A DNA stretch of 64,000 nt from Eledone cirrhosa (Eukaryota): contig OZ024761.1 of NCBI GenBank assembly GCA_964016885.1, forward strand, positions 1,054,001-1,118,000, read 5' to 3'. Below, in pieces: positions 13,411-27,049 of the stretch; within the stretch, counting starts at the first letter, position 1; each line of letters opens with the position of its first letter. Made by a program: the position numbers and the translations under genes. The notes below the pieces were generated by a model. The model did not search any database and was not told the origin of the DNA. It worked only from the letters and a program-made list of their open reading frames with translations.

Positions 13411-14490
13411 GTGTTTTTATTAACCACAAGGGTTTACACAAAGTAAAACATTAAGGACAGTACAGGACAATACAGGACGGTACAAACGGGCATTTCTGCA
13501 TGTAAAAAAAACAAAAACAGAGGATGTAACAAAAAAAGAAAACAATGAAAATAATGGTTTCATTTATTGGCCACAAGGGCCAACATATAGGGGAAGATAC
13601 ACTAGACAGGGACAGTGGGGGTTTACATATAAAACATGTAAAAATATAAATAACAATAACAAAATAACAAGAAAAATGCAACAACGAGAATTCCCCAGGG
13701 TTGATTCAGGTACCCCACCAATCCTGAACCACCCAACGGTTCGAGAGCACCTGGGAAGGGCACCCCTCTCCTCCTCAAATTCACCCACCTACAGGCGCAT
13801 GATCAGAGTAGGCCCACTCACATGAGCCATTCTCGCCACATTCCCCCACCTTTCAGCAAATGTACTGGGGTGGGGGCAGCATTTCTCTCTCCACCCTCAC
13901 TTTCCTTTCCGAGTGAAATTTGAAAATGTTGATGAGGGATTGACCGAAGAGAAAAGTGTCTGTCTTCAGTCCTTTCAACCTGGTCCGCCATCCAACCTTT
14001 TTCGCTATTGCCACCAGACAGAAAAATTGCCTGCCCTTCCTGGCCAAAAGAAGGCAGCGGGTCGATCTTCACTATGGACTCAGCCGATAGCTGGATCCGT
14101 TCTACACGCGACAACAGCTATTTGACATAACTCCACAAGTCAGTAATGCATGGACGGTACAGAACGGTACAAATTGGCATTTCTGCGTGTAAAGACAAAT
14201 CAATAACAAAGGAAATGACAAGAAAAAGAAACAAAGGAAAATTCCCCAATAGGGGAGACTTCCGAGAGACACTCATGGAGAAAGCCCATTAAAAAAGCCA
14301 CAGTGACCCTGACCACTAGGGCAAGTGCCCTCTCCCAGTTTTCCACCTCTAATTTACAGGCGCATACTCAGAGCAGGCCCATTCACTCGGGCCATGCTTG
14401 ACTCACTCATCCATCTTTCAACAAATTGCTTTCTTTATTAACCACAAGGGTTTACATAAAGTATAACATTAAGGACAGCACAGGACGGTA
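13364..14490 (-). mobile_element. Tx1/L1-like LINE 3' fragments
   Basis: Frameshifted TVHAL / LWSYV / LVAIAKKVGWRTR / RKVRVERE C-terminal motifs; AATAAA plus (ATT)n tail; partial duplications. Confidence 0.65.
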
Positions 14491-14650
14491 CAAAATAATA
14501 ATAACAACAACAACAACAACAACAACAAAAATAAACAACAACAAAAACAAGAACACGAAACAAACAAAACAAAGAAAAAAAATAGTTCCAAACTGAAATA
14601 TATATCACTATGTTATATGAGGTTACCATGAAATATGATACATTTATAAT

Positions 14651-16277
14651 TATTATATATGGTGGTATTGCTATGTGATATCATTATATATGGTGGTATT
14701 GTTATGTGATATCATTATATATGGTGGTATTGCTATGTGATATCATTATATATGGTGGTATTGCTATGTGATATCATTATATATGGTGGCATTGCTATGT
14801 GATTTCATTATATATGGTGGTATTGCTATGTGATATCATTATATATGGTGGTATTGCTATGTGATATCATTATATATGGTGGTATTGTTATGTGATATCA
14901 TTATATATGGTGGTATTGCTATGTGATATCATTATATATGGTGGTATTGCTATGTGACATCATTATATATGGTGGTATTGCTACGTGATATTATATATGG
15001 TGGTATTGTTATGTGATATCATTATATATGGTGGTATTGCTATGTGATATCATTATATATGGTGGTATTGCTATGTGATATCATTATATATGGTGGTATT
15101 GCTATGTGATATCATTATATATGGTGGTATTGCTATGTGATATCATTATATATGGTGGTATTGCTATGTGATATCATTATATATGGTGGTATTGCTATGT
15201 GATATCATTATATATGGTGGTATTGCTATGTGATATCATTATATATGGTGGTATTGCTATGTGATATTATTATATATGGTGGTATTGTTATGTGATATCA
15301 TTATATATGGTGGTATTGCTATGTGATGTCATTATATATGGTGGTATTGCTACGTGATATCATTATATATGGTGGTATTGTTATGTGATATCATTATATA
15401 TGGTGGTATTGCTATGTGACATCATTATATATGGTGGTATTGCTACGTGATATTATATATGGTGGTATTGCTATGTGATATCATTATATATGGTGGTATT
15501 GCTATGTGATATCATTATATATGGTGGTATTGATATGTGATATCATTATATATGGTGGTATTGCTATGTGATATCATTATATATGGTGGTATTGCTATGT
15601 GACATCATTATATATGGTGGTATTGCTATGTGATATCATTATATATGGTGGTATTGCTATGTGATATCATTATATATGGTGGTATTGCTATGTGACATCA
15701 TTATATATGGTGGTATTGCTATGTGATATCATTATATATGGTGGTATTGCTATGTGATATCATTATATATGGTGGTATTGCTATGTGATATCATTATATA
15801 TGGTGGTATTGCTATGTGACATCATTATATATGGTGGTATTGCTATGTGATATCATTATATATGGTGGTATTGCTATGTAATATCATTATATATGGTGGT
15901 ATTGCTATGTGATATCATTATATATGGTGGTATTGCTATGTGACATCATTATATATGGTGGTATTGCTATGTGATATCATTATATATAGTGGTATTGCTA
16001 TGTGACATCATTATATATGGTGGTATTGCTATGTAATATCATTATATATGGTGGTATTGCTATGTGATATCATTATATATGGTGGTATTGCTATGTGACA
16101 TCATTATATATGGTGGTATTGCTATGTGATATCATTATATATGGTGGTATTGCTATGTGATATCATTATATATGGTGGTATTGCTATGTGATATCATTAT
16201 ATATGGTGGTATTGCTATGTGACATCATTATATATGGTGGTATTGCTATGTGATATCATTATATATATGGTGGTATT
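14651..16277. repeat. 31-bp minisatellite, about 52 copies
   Basis: atatcattatatatggtggtattgctatgtg. Confidence 0.97.
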
Positions 16278-16652
16278 CCTTAATCTGAGTTCAAATCCCG
16301 GGGAGGTTAACTTTGCCTTTCATCCTTACGGGGTCGATAAAATAAAGTACCAGTAATGCACTGGGATAATTGCTGGCTTTATGCCAAAAGTAGAAACAAT
16401 TATATATGGGGAATTGTCAGTATTGGTAGAGCGTTAGACAACATGCTTAGTGGCATATAGTTAAGGCCCTTTGACTTATCCTTTTTTGAGCAATGTCAAG
16501 TCAGGTGATCATGTCTTGCTCATACAGAACTAATTTTAACTTGATCTCTACAGCTGGATGCCCTTCCTAGTGCCAAAAATATACATATATATATATATAT
16601 TAATAAAAGGAATTCCAACTTTGTCTGATTAACTCGTTTTATTTACACTCCT

Positions 16653-17030
16653 TTAAAATTATAATGATATTATAATGAAATAGTATGGTATTAAAATTAT
16701 AATGATATTATAATGAAATAGTATGGTATTAAAATTATAATGATATTATAATGAAATAGTATGGTATTAAAATTATAATGATATTATAATGAAATAGTAT
16801 GGTATTAAAATTATAATGATATTATAATGAAATAGTATGGTATTAAAATTATAATGATATTATAATGAAATAGTATGGTATTAAAATTATAATGATATTA
16901 TAATGAAATAGTATGGTATTAAAATTATAATGATATTATAATGAAATAGTATGGTATTAAAATTATAATGATATTATAATGAAATAGTATGGTATTAAAA
17001 TTATAATATTATAATGAAATAGTATGGTAT
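16653..17030. repeat. 38-bp tandem repeat, about 10 copies
   Basis: ttaaaattataatgatattataatgaaatagtatggta. Confidence 0.95.
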
Positions 17031-17069
17031 TGAACAAATACTTTCATGCTTTCGCAATCTTCAGGTTCA
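17031..17069 (-). ncRNA. Minimal hammerhead (mutated mirror copy at 17128-17166 +)
   Basis: UGAAC-CUGAAGA-u-UGC gaaa GCA-u-GAAAGUAUUU-GUUCA; the mirror copy has palindromic AAGUACUU in helix III. Confidence 0.8.
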
Positions 17070-17305
17070 TATTCAGTGGTGACAGTGAAGTTTGCAATTT
17101 TCCAAACTTGACTGTCACCACTGAATATAAACGTGAAGATTGCAAAAGCATGAAAGTACTTGTTCAATTAACATTTAACATTTAATATTCTACCATACTA
17201 TTTCATTCTAATACCATTATAATTTTAAAGGATTGTAAATAAAAGAGTTAATCAAAGTTGGAATTCCTTTTATTAATATAATCTTCTATACACAATCATA
17301 CAGAC

Positions 17306-17419
<114 letters not shown>

Positions 17420-17501
17420 CCAAAATTAAGATATCAAATGAATTTAATCTAAATCAAAATTATGGGTGCCATGCCAGAAAGACACATACACACATATATA
17501 T

Positions 17502-17532
<31 letters not shown>

Positions 17533-18774
17533 ATATTAATTCAAAATATTAACAAAATAGATATTCTTGTGATCAATTATATTTTATTATACATATTTCA
17601 GAGGTACTGAGTTAAGTTCAACAGTACGTCCTCATCAGATAAAATAAAATGTTACATGACATACCCTGACATAGTAGATGGTTAAGATTCAGTCATGGTA
17701 GTGATTAACTTATGACAAAACTCAATATTTATACCCTAATATTGAGAACATGAGATAACATAATACAAACAATAGAGAGGGTGCGTGTAATAGAGTTTAA
17801 GAAATACATGGCATCAATATAACAGTTATAACATTTTTTTATTTTTAAAAACTACTGGAGAAAGAGGAGGGAAAGGAAATCATAGAGGAAGAAACAGCTA
17901 ATGTGATAATATATTTAGTAGGTGGCTTGAAAAACCAGATGAAAGATGATTAAAGAGAGAGAGAGAGACAAAGGGGAGTAATTTATGTTCAAGTTTATAT
18001 ACACAGATTTCCATATATGCAACACATGTCCAAAATAATATAGTTGGCGGTTAATTTTCAAAATATTTAATTTAAGTTATTTCAGGGTAATGAATAATAT
18101 TTTAGGTTTTAAAAGTTAATAGGTATTTGTATTAATATTATAATATAATTATGTTTAATATCTAAAATTCAAATTTTATGAAAACAAATTTAAAGGATTT
18201 ACGAAACAGAGAAAGAAAATATATAATGTTTTTCTATCTTCACGAAGGTAATCTTTACCAAAATTATTTATAATATTGACAACAGTTTCTATAATATAAT
18301 TTATAAAATAATTATAGTTATAATTATTAAAGAATTTATTGTTAAATAGTTTGAGTGCCTAAAGTATCAACCAGCCTTATAACTAAACTTAAAGGAGTCC
18401 GAATTTTTAATTATATATATGTATTGATAAAAAAATACAAAGATTATAGTTTATTATTTGTTTATAATTGAGGTGATACCTTTCAAATATATATAATATA
18501 ATATAATAATGCAATAATGTAATATAGTAAATAAGTTACTGAAAATATTGTTAAAAAATATATATAGTTAAAAATGTTGTTAAAAATGTTGTTAAAAATA
18601 TTGCTAAAGAATTAATGTTTTATATCAATTATTTTCATTTAGTTGATATATACTATAAAGATTTAAGTCAAAACTATATGAGTCCTATTGATAGGGGCTA
18701 GATACAAAATAAATATACAAATAAACGAAAATGAATAACCATCTACTATGTCAGGGTATGTCATGTATCATTTT

Positions 18775-18839
18775 ATTTTATCTGATGAGGACGTACTGTT
18801 GAACTTAACTCAGTACCTCTGAAATATGTATAATAAAAT
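18775..18839 (+). ncRNA. Hammerhead with extended helix II (mirror copy at 17581-17645 -)
   Basis: AUUUUAU-CUGAUGA-GGacGUACUG...CAGUACCUCU-GAAAUAUGUAUA-AUAAAAU. Confidence 0.7.
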
Positions 18840-18911
18840 ATAATTGATCACAAGAATATCTATTTTGTTAATATTTTGAATTAATATTAATAACTCTGGA
18901 AAACCTTTTGC

Positions 18912-19180
18912 CACCATCCACCACCACCACCATCACCATCACCATCACTGACACAATCCACCACCTCCACCACTACCACCACCACCATCACTGACACCAT
19001 CCACCACCACCACCATCACTGGCACCATCCACCACCACCACCATCACCATCACCATCACTGACACCATCCACCACCTCCACCACTACCACCACCACCACC
19101 ACCATCACTGACACCATCCACCACCACCACCATCACTGGCACCATCCACCACCATCACCACCACCACCACCACCATTACC
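18912..19180. repeat. (CAC)-rich tandem repeat; a (CACAA)-like tract also lies at 705-965
   Basis: Direct inspection. Confidence 0.9.
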
Positions 19181-19419
19181 AGCGTAAAGCAAACAATTAT
19201 TATTATTATTATATAAAAACTGGACTGGGAAAAGTCAACAGTTGACATGATTTTGATTTTGTATCAGTACTGCCAGTAATATATATATATATGTGTGTGT
19301 GTGTGAATGGTGTGTGTGTTTGTATGCATGAATGAGTGTTGGTGTGTGAGTGGCGTGTGTGTTTGTAGTTTGTATGCATGAGTGTTGGTGTGTGCGTGTC
19401 ATGTCAATAAGTGTTTTTT

Positions 19420-22400
19420 TCTTTTTTTATGACCATGCTGTAAAATGGAGGGGTAGAGAGGGCCCTTGAGTCTAGTAAGACATCCTCTCTAGTGCTGGTG
19501 GCATAAATAAAAGCACCCAGTTCATGCTGTAAAGTGGTGCTGGTGTTAGGAAGGGCATCCAACCAGTGTATCAATGCCAAAATGCTTATCAGCACAGCAA
19601 CAAATAGGAACAACAACAAAATATGAAGACGTCACATCTCAGAGTTGCAACACTTAATGTTGGTACTCTCAGAGGTAGATCTGCTGAAATAGCAGAGATG
19701 CTGGAGATAAGGCATGTGGATGTGTGCTGCGTGCAAGAGGTGAGATTGAGAGGTGCCTCTGCGAGACTAGTCGTAGGCAAACATCTTAGCTATAAGCTTT
19801 TCTGGGTAGGTAAGGATGATGGGTTAGGGGGAGTAGGCATTTTCCTGGCTGAGAGATGGATCAATAAGACAATAGAGGTAGTTCGAGTTAGTAATCGAAT
19901 AATTAAGCTTAGATTAGTTGTAGGCAGGAGACTACTGACAATCATCTCTGCCTATGCTCCCCAAGCAGGCCTAGGCAAAGATGAGAAAGACTGCTTTTAC
20001 GAGCAACTTTTATAAACAACCGCAATGACAGAGGACGGAGACATCGTTATGCTAGCAGGGGACTTCAATGGTCATGTTGGACAGTTCCAGGATGGTTACA
20101 CTGGGGTACATGGTGGGCACGGTTACAGCTCAAGAAATGAAGAAGGAGGGAGACTTCTTGAATTTTGTGATGCAAGTACACTGACTATTTGCAACACAAA
20201 CTTCCAGAAAACTGCCAATCACCTAATAACCTACAAATCTGGCAAGCACATAAGCCAGATTGACTTTTTACTAGTTAGGCAGCGGGACAGGCAGATAGTG
20301 TCTAATACCAAGGCATACCCTGGGGAAGAATGTACCCCACAGCATAGGTTAGTCGTTAGTGATATTTCAGTAAGTAAGTGATGGATTGAGACATACAGGA
20401 AGGTGTGGAGAAGAAAGGTCTGGAAGCTAAAATACCTTTCACTAAAATACAAATTTAGGAAAGTTCTTCAAGATGTATATGACGAAAAAGAAGACGATTT
20501 AGAGACGTATGACATAGATAATAACTGGAATTTCTTACATGACAACTTGCTGCAGACTACTGATGAAACTTGTGGCTGGAGCAGAGCTCCAACCAGAAAG
20601 AGAGTGACATGGTGGTGGAACAGCACAGTAGATAAGGCCATTAGAGACAAAAGACTAGCATGGAAGGCTTGGAAAAAGGGTGGGAGTAGGGAAGAATATA
20701 CAGCTGCTAAGAGAGAAGCTAGGCATCAGGTGTACTTAGCACGCAGGGAGGCTGAGAGTAGGAGGTTTGCCAATGTTCTGCGATGGGAAGATCAGAGGCG
20801 TGCGGTGTTCCACATTGCAAGGCAGTGTGTCAATGCAAATCAGGATGTTGTTGGAGATAAATGTGTCCGGGATGATGCCGGTGTACTTAGTGTTGTGAAT
20901 GATCAGAAAAAGGAGGCCTGGAAATGTCATTAGGAGAAACTGATGAATGTGGAGAACGAATGGGAGAAAGAAAAATTACCCTTGGTAGATCCGACAGAGG
21001 GACCAGCTATTGAGATTGACGAATATAGGGTCCAAGAGGCGATTAAGGAAATGAAAAATGGTAAGGCTGCTGGACCATCGGGAATAGTTGCTGAGATGCT
21101 GAAGGCATCAGGGGACGTAGGCACTAAACTGGTTGCACGCATCATCAATCAGGCTATATATGGTGGTGTCATACCCAAAGACTGGTGCAGCAGTATTCTC
21201 ATAAATTGCTACAAAGGTAAAGGGGATGCTCTGGAGAGGAGCAATTATAGGGGTATAAAACTGATGAATCAGGTTATGAAAGTGGCAGAAAGGATATTAG
21301 CACAACTAATTAGAGAAAGGGTCAATCTAGATGAGATACAGTTTGGTTTTGTGCCTGGGAAGAGTACAACAGATGCCCTCTTCTTGGTGAGACAATTGCA
21401 AGAGAGGTTCTTAGAGAAAAATAAGCCACTATACTTAGCCTTTGTTGACCTAGAGAAGGCCTTTGATAGGGTACCCCGATCTGTCATCTGGTGGTCCCTA
21501 AGGAAACTAGTTGTTGAGGAATGGCTTGTGAGGACAGTGCAAACTTTGTACAGAGGTACTCTCAGTAAAGTCAGGGTAGGAATGGAGTTTAGTGAGGAAT
21601 TCCAGATACAAGTAGGAGTACACCAAGGTTCGGTCCTCAGCTCACTCTTGTTTATTATAGTCCTCCAAGCCATAACAGAGGAGTTTAAGACTAGCTGTCC
21701 ATGGGAACTTCTCTATGCTGACGATCTAGTTCTTATAGCAGAATCAGTAGAGGAGCTAGAGAATAAATTCTGACTCTAGAAACAGCAGTTGGAAGCAAGA
21801 GGACTGAGAGTGAACCTAGCTAAGACAAAAGTGTTGATGAGTAGAAAAGAGGACAAAACTCTGATTCCGTCAGGGAAATGGCCATGTTCGATATGCAGAA
21901 AAGGAACTGGCATAAATTCTATAAAATGCACACAATGCAGATCCTGGGTACACAAGAGATGTAGTGGAATAGCAGGCAAACTAACAGGTAGGGAGAAATA
22001 TGTATGCAGTAGATGTACAGGGAAATTAGAAAGTAGAAGTCGCATTGATAGACACATTTTTCAAATGCAGGAGAGTGCTATAGAAGTGGTGGATAGCTTC
22101 CAGTACCTAGGAGATCAGATTAGCATGGGAGGAGGGTGTTCCGTGGCCATAGTATCTAGAATAAGGACGGGTTGGAAGAAGTTTAGGGAGCTGCTTCCTC
22201 TGCTAACGAAGAAGGGTTTCACCCTGCGTACGAAAGGCCGGTTGTATGATGCCTGTGTGAGGAGTGCGATGCTGCATGGTAGTGAGACATGGGCAGCAAC
22301 TGCAGAGGAGGATATGTGACGGCTGGAGAGAAATGAGGCAAGCATGCTCCGTTGGATGAGCTGTGTAAATGTGCGTGAACGACCCAGCATAAATGTGTTG

Positions 22401-22701
22401 AGAGAGAAACTGTTTCTGAGAGGGATAGAATGTAGTGTACGGGAGAGGAGACTGAGGTGGTATGGACATGTGATGCGCATGGAGGATGACCGATGGGTGA
22501 AGAAGTGCCAGGAAATGCCAGTTTAAGGTAGACCAAGAAAAACATGGAATGAGGTGGTGAGAACAGACCTCAGATCGTTGAAGCTCACGGTGGAGATGAT
22601 GAAGGACCGTGACGAGTGGAGAGATGCTGTGCTGAATAAGACCCGTCCCACCATTGCGAGCAGGGAAGAGCGGACGTAAAATGATGATGATGATGATGAT
22701 G
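19420..22701 (+). mobile_element. RTE LINE family B, near full length, with in-frame stops
   Basis: Collinear APE, RT and PHD ORF pieces from ATG 19623; short 3' end cccgtcccacc...gcggacgtaaa(atg)n; 5' limit approximate. Confidence 0.92.
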
Positions 22702-22735
<34 letters not shown>

Positions 22736-22887
22736 ATATATTTGTTTTGAGAGGTTTTTGATATGAAATCATGTGTCAAAACAAATATTGTTATACTTGG
22801 GGAGGGTCATATTGTTGTAATAATATTGTCAGAAATGATAACTGAAAGATGGTGTAGATATACAATACAACAGGAGGAACATAATAG

Positions 22888-22930
22888 CACCACTGACGAT
22901 GTTGCAGATGTGCAACGAAAGAACTTTCTT
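22888..22930 (+). ncRNA. Hammerhead in Penelope pLTR (mutated copy at 10655-10697)
   Basis: CUGACGA-u-GUUGCA gaug UGCAAC-GAAAGaaCUU; helix II covaries with the 8195 copy; helix I is decayed. Confidence 0.7.
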
Positions 22931-23927
22931 AGACTATATATATGTGTTTATATCTATATTATATCTGCAAGTTTGACCGTTTGTTCAGTCAATGGTAACA
23001 GTGAGACCGAATGAATTAACTGTGGAGATATAAAAGATACAGAAGCGAAAACCAACCAAACAGTGAGTGTGTTCTGTTATCATTTCTGGCAATATTATAA
23101 CAATATGACCCTCCACAAGTATAACATCATCATCATCATCATTTCATTTTACGTCTGCTTTTTCCCTGCTTGCAAGGGTGGGACGGGAACTGATGCTGGC
23201 TTGATTTCTACAGCTGGATGCCCTTCCTAACACCAACCTCATTTACAGTGAGTGCTGGGTGCTTTTTTTCCCGTTGCACCTCCACGACCACTTTGCAGTG
23301 GTATGATATGGACCCCAGTCCCTATCACCTCATTTCTACAGCTGAGTAAACTGGAGCAATGTGAAATAAAGTGTCTTGCTCAAGGAAACAACACATCACC
23401 CAGTCTGAGAATTGAACTCACAACCTTTCGATTGCAAGGCCAATGCTCTAACCACTAAGCCATGTGCCTCCATAACAATATGTATATATATATGTATGTA
23501 TGTATGTATATATGTATATATGTATTTAAACATTTTTTAACATGTTATATATATAATTGATCCTGGCAATATCTCTATAAGGATATTTCCCATGCTAGCA
23601 TGGGTTAGATGGGTTGTCCCATTTGAGGCAAGTTGGGTCAGGTGACTGTGTCTTGCTCATACAGAACAGTTTCTGGCTTGGATTCAGATCTTCATTTAAC
23701 ATCTGCTTTCCCTGCTAGTAAGGGTTAGATGATGTATGTAGACCAAGTCAGTACTGAAGTGGACTACTGACTTCCCAGACAGGCTGAGGTGTCTATATTC
23801 TGCTTACGTACAGTCATATCAAGTGCAGATGAGAAGTATGTGTGTTTGTTTGTGTGTGTGTCTGTGTACTAAAATGTGAAAGGAGAAAGCCTAGAGGAAT
23901 TAGTTCACTGTTGAAAATTTCTTTTAC

Positions 23928-24011
23928 CTTATTTCCTCAAAAAGACAAATTTTGTTCGGTTCGTTGATGATATTCTTCAGTTCTGTCATAAATTTTGGTA
24001 AATCATGGGAA
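23928..24011 (-). CDS. USH1C: Harmonin-like exon (SHDLPKFMTELKNIINEPNKICLFEEIR)
   Basis: ttttgttccag acceptor, gtaaaa donor, 84 nt, phase 2 to 2. Matches harmonin N-domain DLKLVINEPSRLPLFDAIR. Confidence 0.9.
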
Positions 24012-24206
24012 CTGGAACAAAATATAAACAAACAAGAATTATTGAGAAAAAAAAAACGGTACAAGGATGTGTATATACATATATACATAAACACATAGAC
24101 ACAGACATATATATGAATAAATATATATGCATATTCATATAAATACATTTATATGCATACATATAAATACATATACATATATATATATATACATATATAT
24201 ATATTT

Positions 24207-25282
24207 AGATTTTACATGTGGGCGGTGCTCTGGTGCAATAAGTAGCAGCGAGTGCCCACAAAATACTAACTCTTTCAATTGCGCAGAGGGCTCTATAGAA
24301 ATAGTGGATAGCTTCCGTTACCTGGGTGACAAAATCAGCAGTGGGGGAGGGTGCGCCGAAAGTACAGTAGCTAGAGTCAGAACTGGATGGAAAAAGTTCA
24401 GAGAGCTTATACCACTATTAGCCGCTAAAGGGTTCTCCCTAAAAATGAAAGGCAGGTTGTATGATGCCTGCATACGAACAGCAATGTTACATGGCAGTGA
24501 GACCTGGGCATTGTGCGCAGAGGATATACGCAGACTAGAGAGGAACGAAGCTTGCATGCTCCGCTGGATGTGTAATAGTAATATACGTCAACGGCAAAGC
24601 ATAAACGAACTAAAGAAAAAATTAGAAATAAGAGGGATCAGATGTTGTTTACTCGAGAGAAGGCTACATTGGTACGGACACATGATGCGCATGAAAGTCG
24701 ATAGCTGTATAACAAAGTGCAGGGCAATAAAGATAGACGGTAGCCACGGAATAGGCAGACCTAGAAAATCCTGGGACGAGCTGATAAACTCCGACCTCAC
24801 ATACTTACACCTCTCCAAGACAATGTCACTGGACCGAGACCTTTGGCGGCACTCAGTAATAGAGAAGACCTGCCTTACCTAAATACATAGTAAAACCTAC
24901 TACAGCCAGTAGGCATCTCTAACAAAATACACCCCCGTCCCACCACCCACACCCCATCCACACAACCCCCTCCTATGTAAAGTTATGTTGGTGCCACAAC
25001 ATCCAGGTCGAAACAAATGAGATTGTGTAGGTGTAACGACAAAAAAACACACAGTCCACGCTGTAATGTGGCCGTGTAGGCAACACGGTAAAAACCTCCC
25101 AGTCCCACACTGTAAATATGGTTGGTGTTAGGAAGGGCATCCAACTGTAGAAAACCTGCCAGACAGTCCTATGCGAGCAAGACAATCACTCTTGCCTCAA
25201 GTGGGAATACCCCCGTCCAAACCCATGCAAGCGTGGAACACGGACGTTAAACGTTGATGATGATGATGATGATGATGATGAT
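24207..25282 (+). mobile_element. 5'-truncated RTE-A
   Basis: Runs from DFTCGRC to the stop, then 3'UTR and (GAT)n tail. Confidence 0.93.
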
Positions 25283-25484
25283 ATTTATTAAAATAACAGA
25301 TTAAAGTTTAAGCAAAGAATCGCTGCTTTCACCCTTAACGGGATCTTCTGAAGCAGCGATTCTTTGCTTAAACTTTAATCTGTTATTTTAATAAATATTT
25401 GCTCTACGGTTCTTATATATTTGATATATATTTATCCTTATCGAGCCCTCTTTGGATTTTAGTCTTCAAATTTATTATTATTAC

Positions 25485-25521
<37 letters not shown>

Positions 25522-25785
25522 GGAGAGAAAGAGAGAGGGGGAGAGAGAGAGAGACTTTGGGCCTAACCAAACAGGGATGTGTAGATCACATTATGGTCTG
25601 TCGGTTGTGAAGCAGATAAAAAGAAGTACTCATCGATCTGTATAAATGGTTCAAGCCAGAGCATTACTCTTTTACTCTTTTACCTGTTTCAGCCATCCGC
25701 CATTAAAAGCTCGGAGGCCATAAACAGTTGATTTTGGTTTATTTAAAACTCTGTTATATATATTTCACTGAGGACTATCAGTTAA

Positions 25786-26044
25786 GATAGCCTGAGCTCC
25801 TCAGGCGCCAAAACCTATAAAAACTTGAAAACATTGAAAGCTCCTACAAAAAACCCTTTAGTCGGCCTTCAAAGAAACAACACCACCCGTTCAACTGGCC
25901 CCTTGTATCAAGAAAAAAAAATCTTTTTCGAGGATTGGATTGGATTCTTTTCAAATTTAAAGGTTTTTTTTAGGAACTTTCAATATTTTCAAATTTTTTA
26001 TAGGTTTTGCCATCTGAGGAGTTTAGGCTATCATAAAGGGTTAA
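25786..26044. mobile_element. MITE with about 75-bp imperfect TIRs and a piggyBac-like right end
   Basis: gatagcctgagctcctcag..cctataaaaa pairs with tttttatagg..ctgaggagtttaggctatc; ends in aaagggTTAA. Confidence 0.65.
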
Positions 26045-26363
26045 CAAAGGTTCTAGCATAAAATTTTGATGGACATTTTTTTAGATAAATAAAAACACTT
26101 AAAAATAATCAATTTTGTATCACAGAACGCTCTTTCAGTTTTAGTGGTATCAAGTCCAAAGATCCTATGACAAATGAATTTATCTTGATGTTCTTTGTTG
26201 ATATTCAGCATATTTGTGCAATCTCCCTCTTTCAGTCAGTATATTTTGTTACTAAAGAAATTTTTTTTTCTACACTATGTAGTAGTAGTTGATGTTCTTC
26301 TTCTTCTTCTTCTTCTTCTTCTTCTTCTTCTTCTTCTTCTTCTTCTTTATTACTATTATTAGA

Positions 26364-26575
26364 GGGCGGTGGATTGGCAGAATCGGTAGAGAATCGGACG
26401 CCATGCATTGCAGCAAAGAGTTAAGGCCCTTTATGATCTGAGTTCAAATCCTGCCGAAGTTAACTTTGCCTTTCATCCTTACGGCGTCGATAAAATAAGT
26501 CACGCACTGGGGTCGATTTAATCGACTTTCCCCTCCCCTAAAATTGCTGGCCTTGTGCCTATATAAGAAACCATT
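26364..26575 (+). mobile_element. tRNA-derived SINE with Nin-like central domain (copies at 16280-16400, 30565-30787, 47735-47840, 49268-49400, 54415-54595, 61140-61345)
   Basis: A/B boxes plus gcctttcatcctt..gggtcgataaaataaagtaccag. Confidence 0.8.
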
Positions 26576-27049
26576 ATTTAAAAAAGAAAAAGTAGAGAAT
26601 AGCACATGCTTGCATGCATTCTTTTTATTTTTTACTGGAAAATCTACCTGTGTGATTGTATATTTTCAGGTAATGTAAGTAGGTCAAGATAAATGAGAGG
26701 GAGAGAGAGAAATGTTGTCTTATCATAAAAACACTTAAGATAGTCTGAAATGATTGTTTGAAATAACTCCAGGTTTTATATTAAAAAGAAAAAAGATACA
26801 AAAAAAAATTAAATAAAAAAAAAAAACTGCTGATAAAAAATTGTGTAGTCATGGTGTGTTTAATATCAGTCTAAGAATCACTGAATGTAAGATATAACAC
26901 TAAGAAATCCAGTGTACAACGTGCAGAAAATAAGAATTAAAAAAATATATTAATGGTCTTTAATTAGTTTTGTATGAAGACACAAGGTCACATGGTCAGA
27001 AAATTTGGGGGAAAGAGAGAGTGCATGCTAAATGTGAATGGAGTTCCAC

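Noticed and set aside
14651-16277. CRISPR-like array (also 53480-54062 and 62250-63055)
   Set aside because: Head-to-tail units with no unique spacers, no cas genes, and a eukaryotic context.
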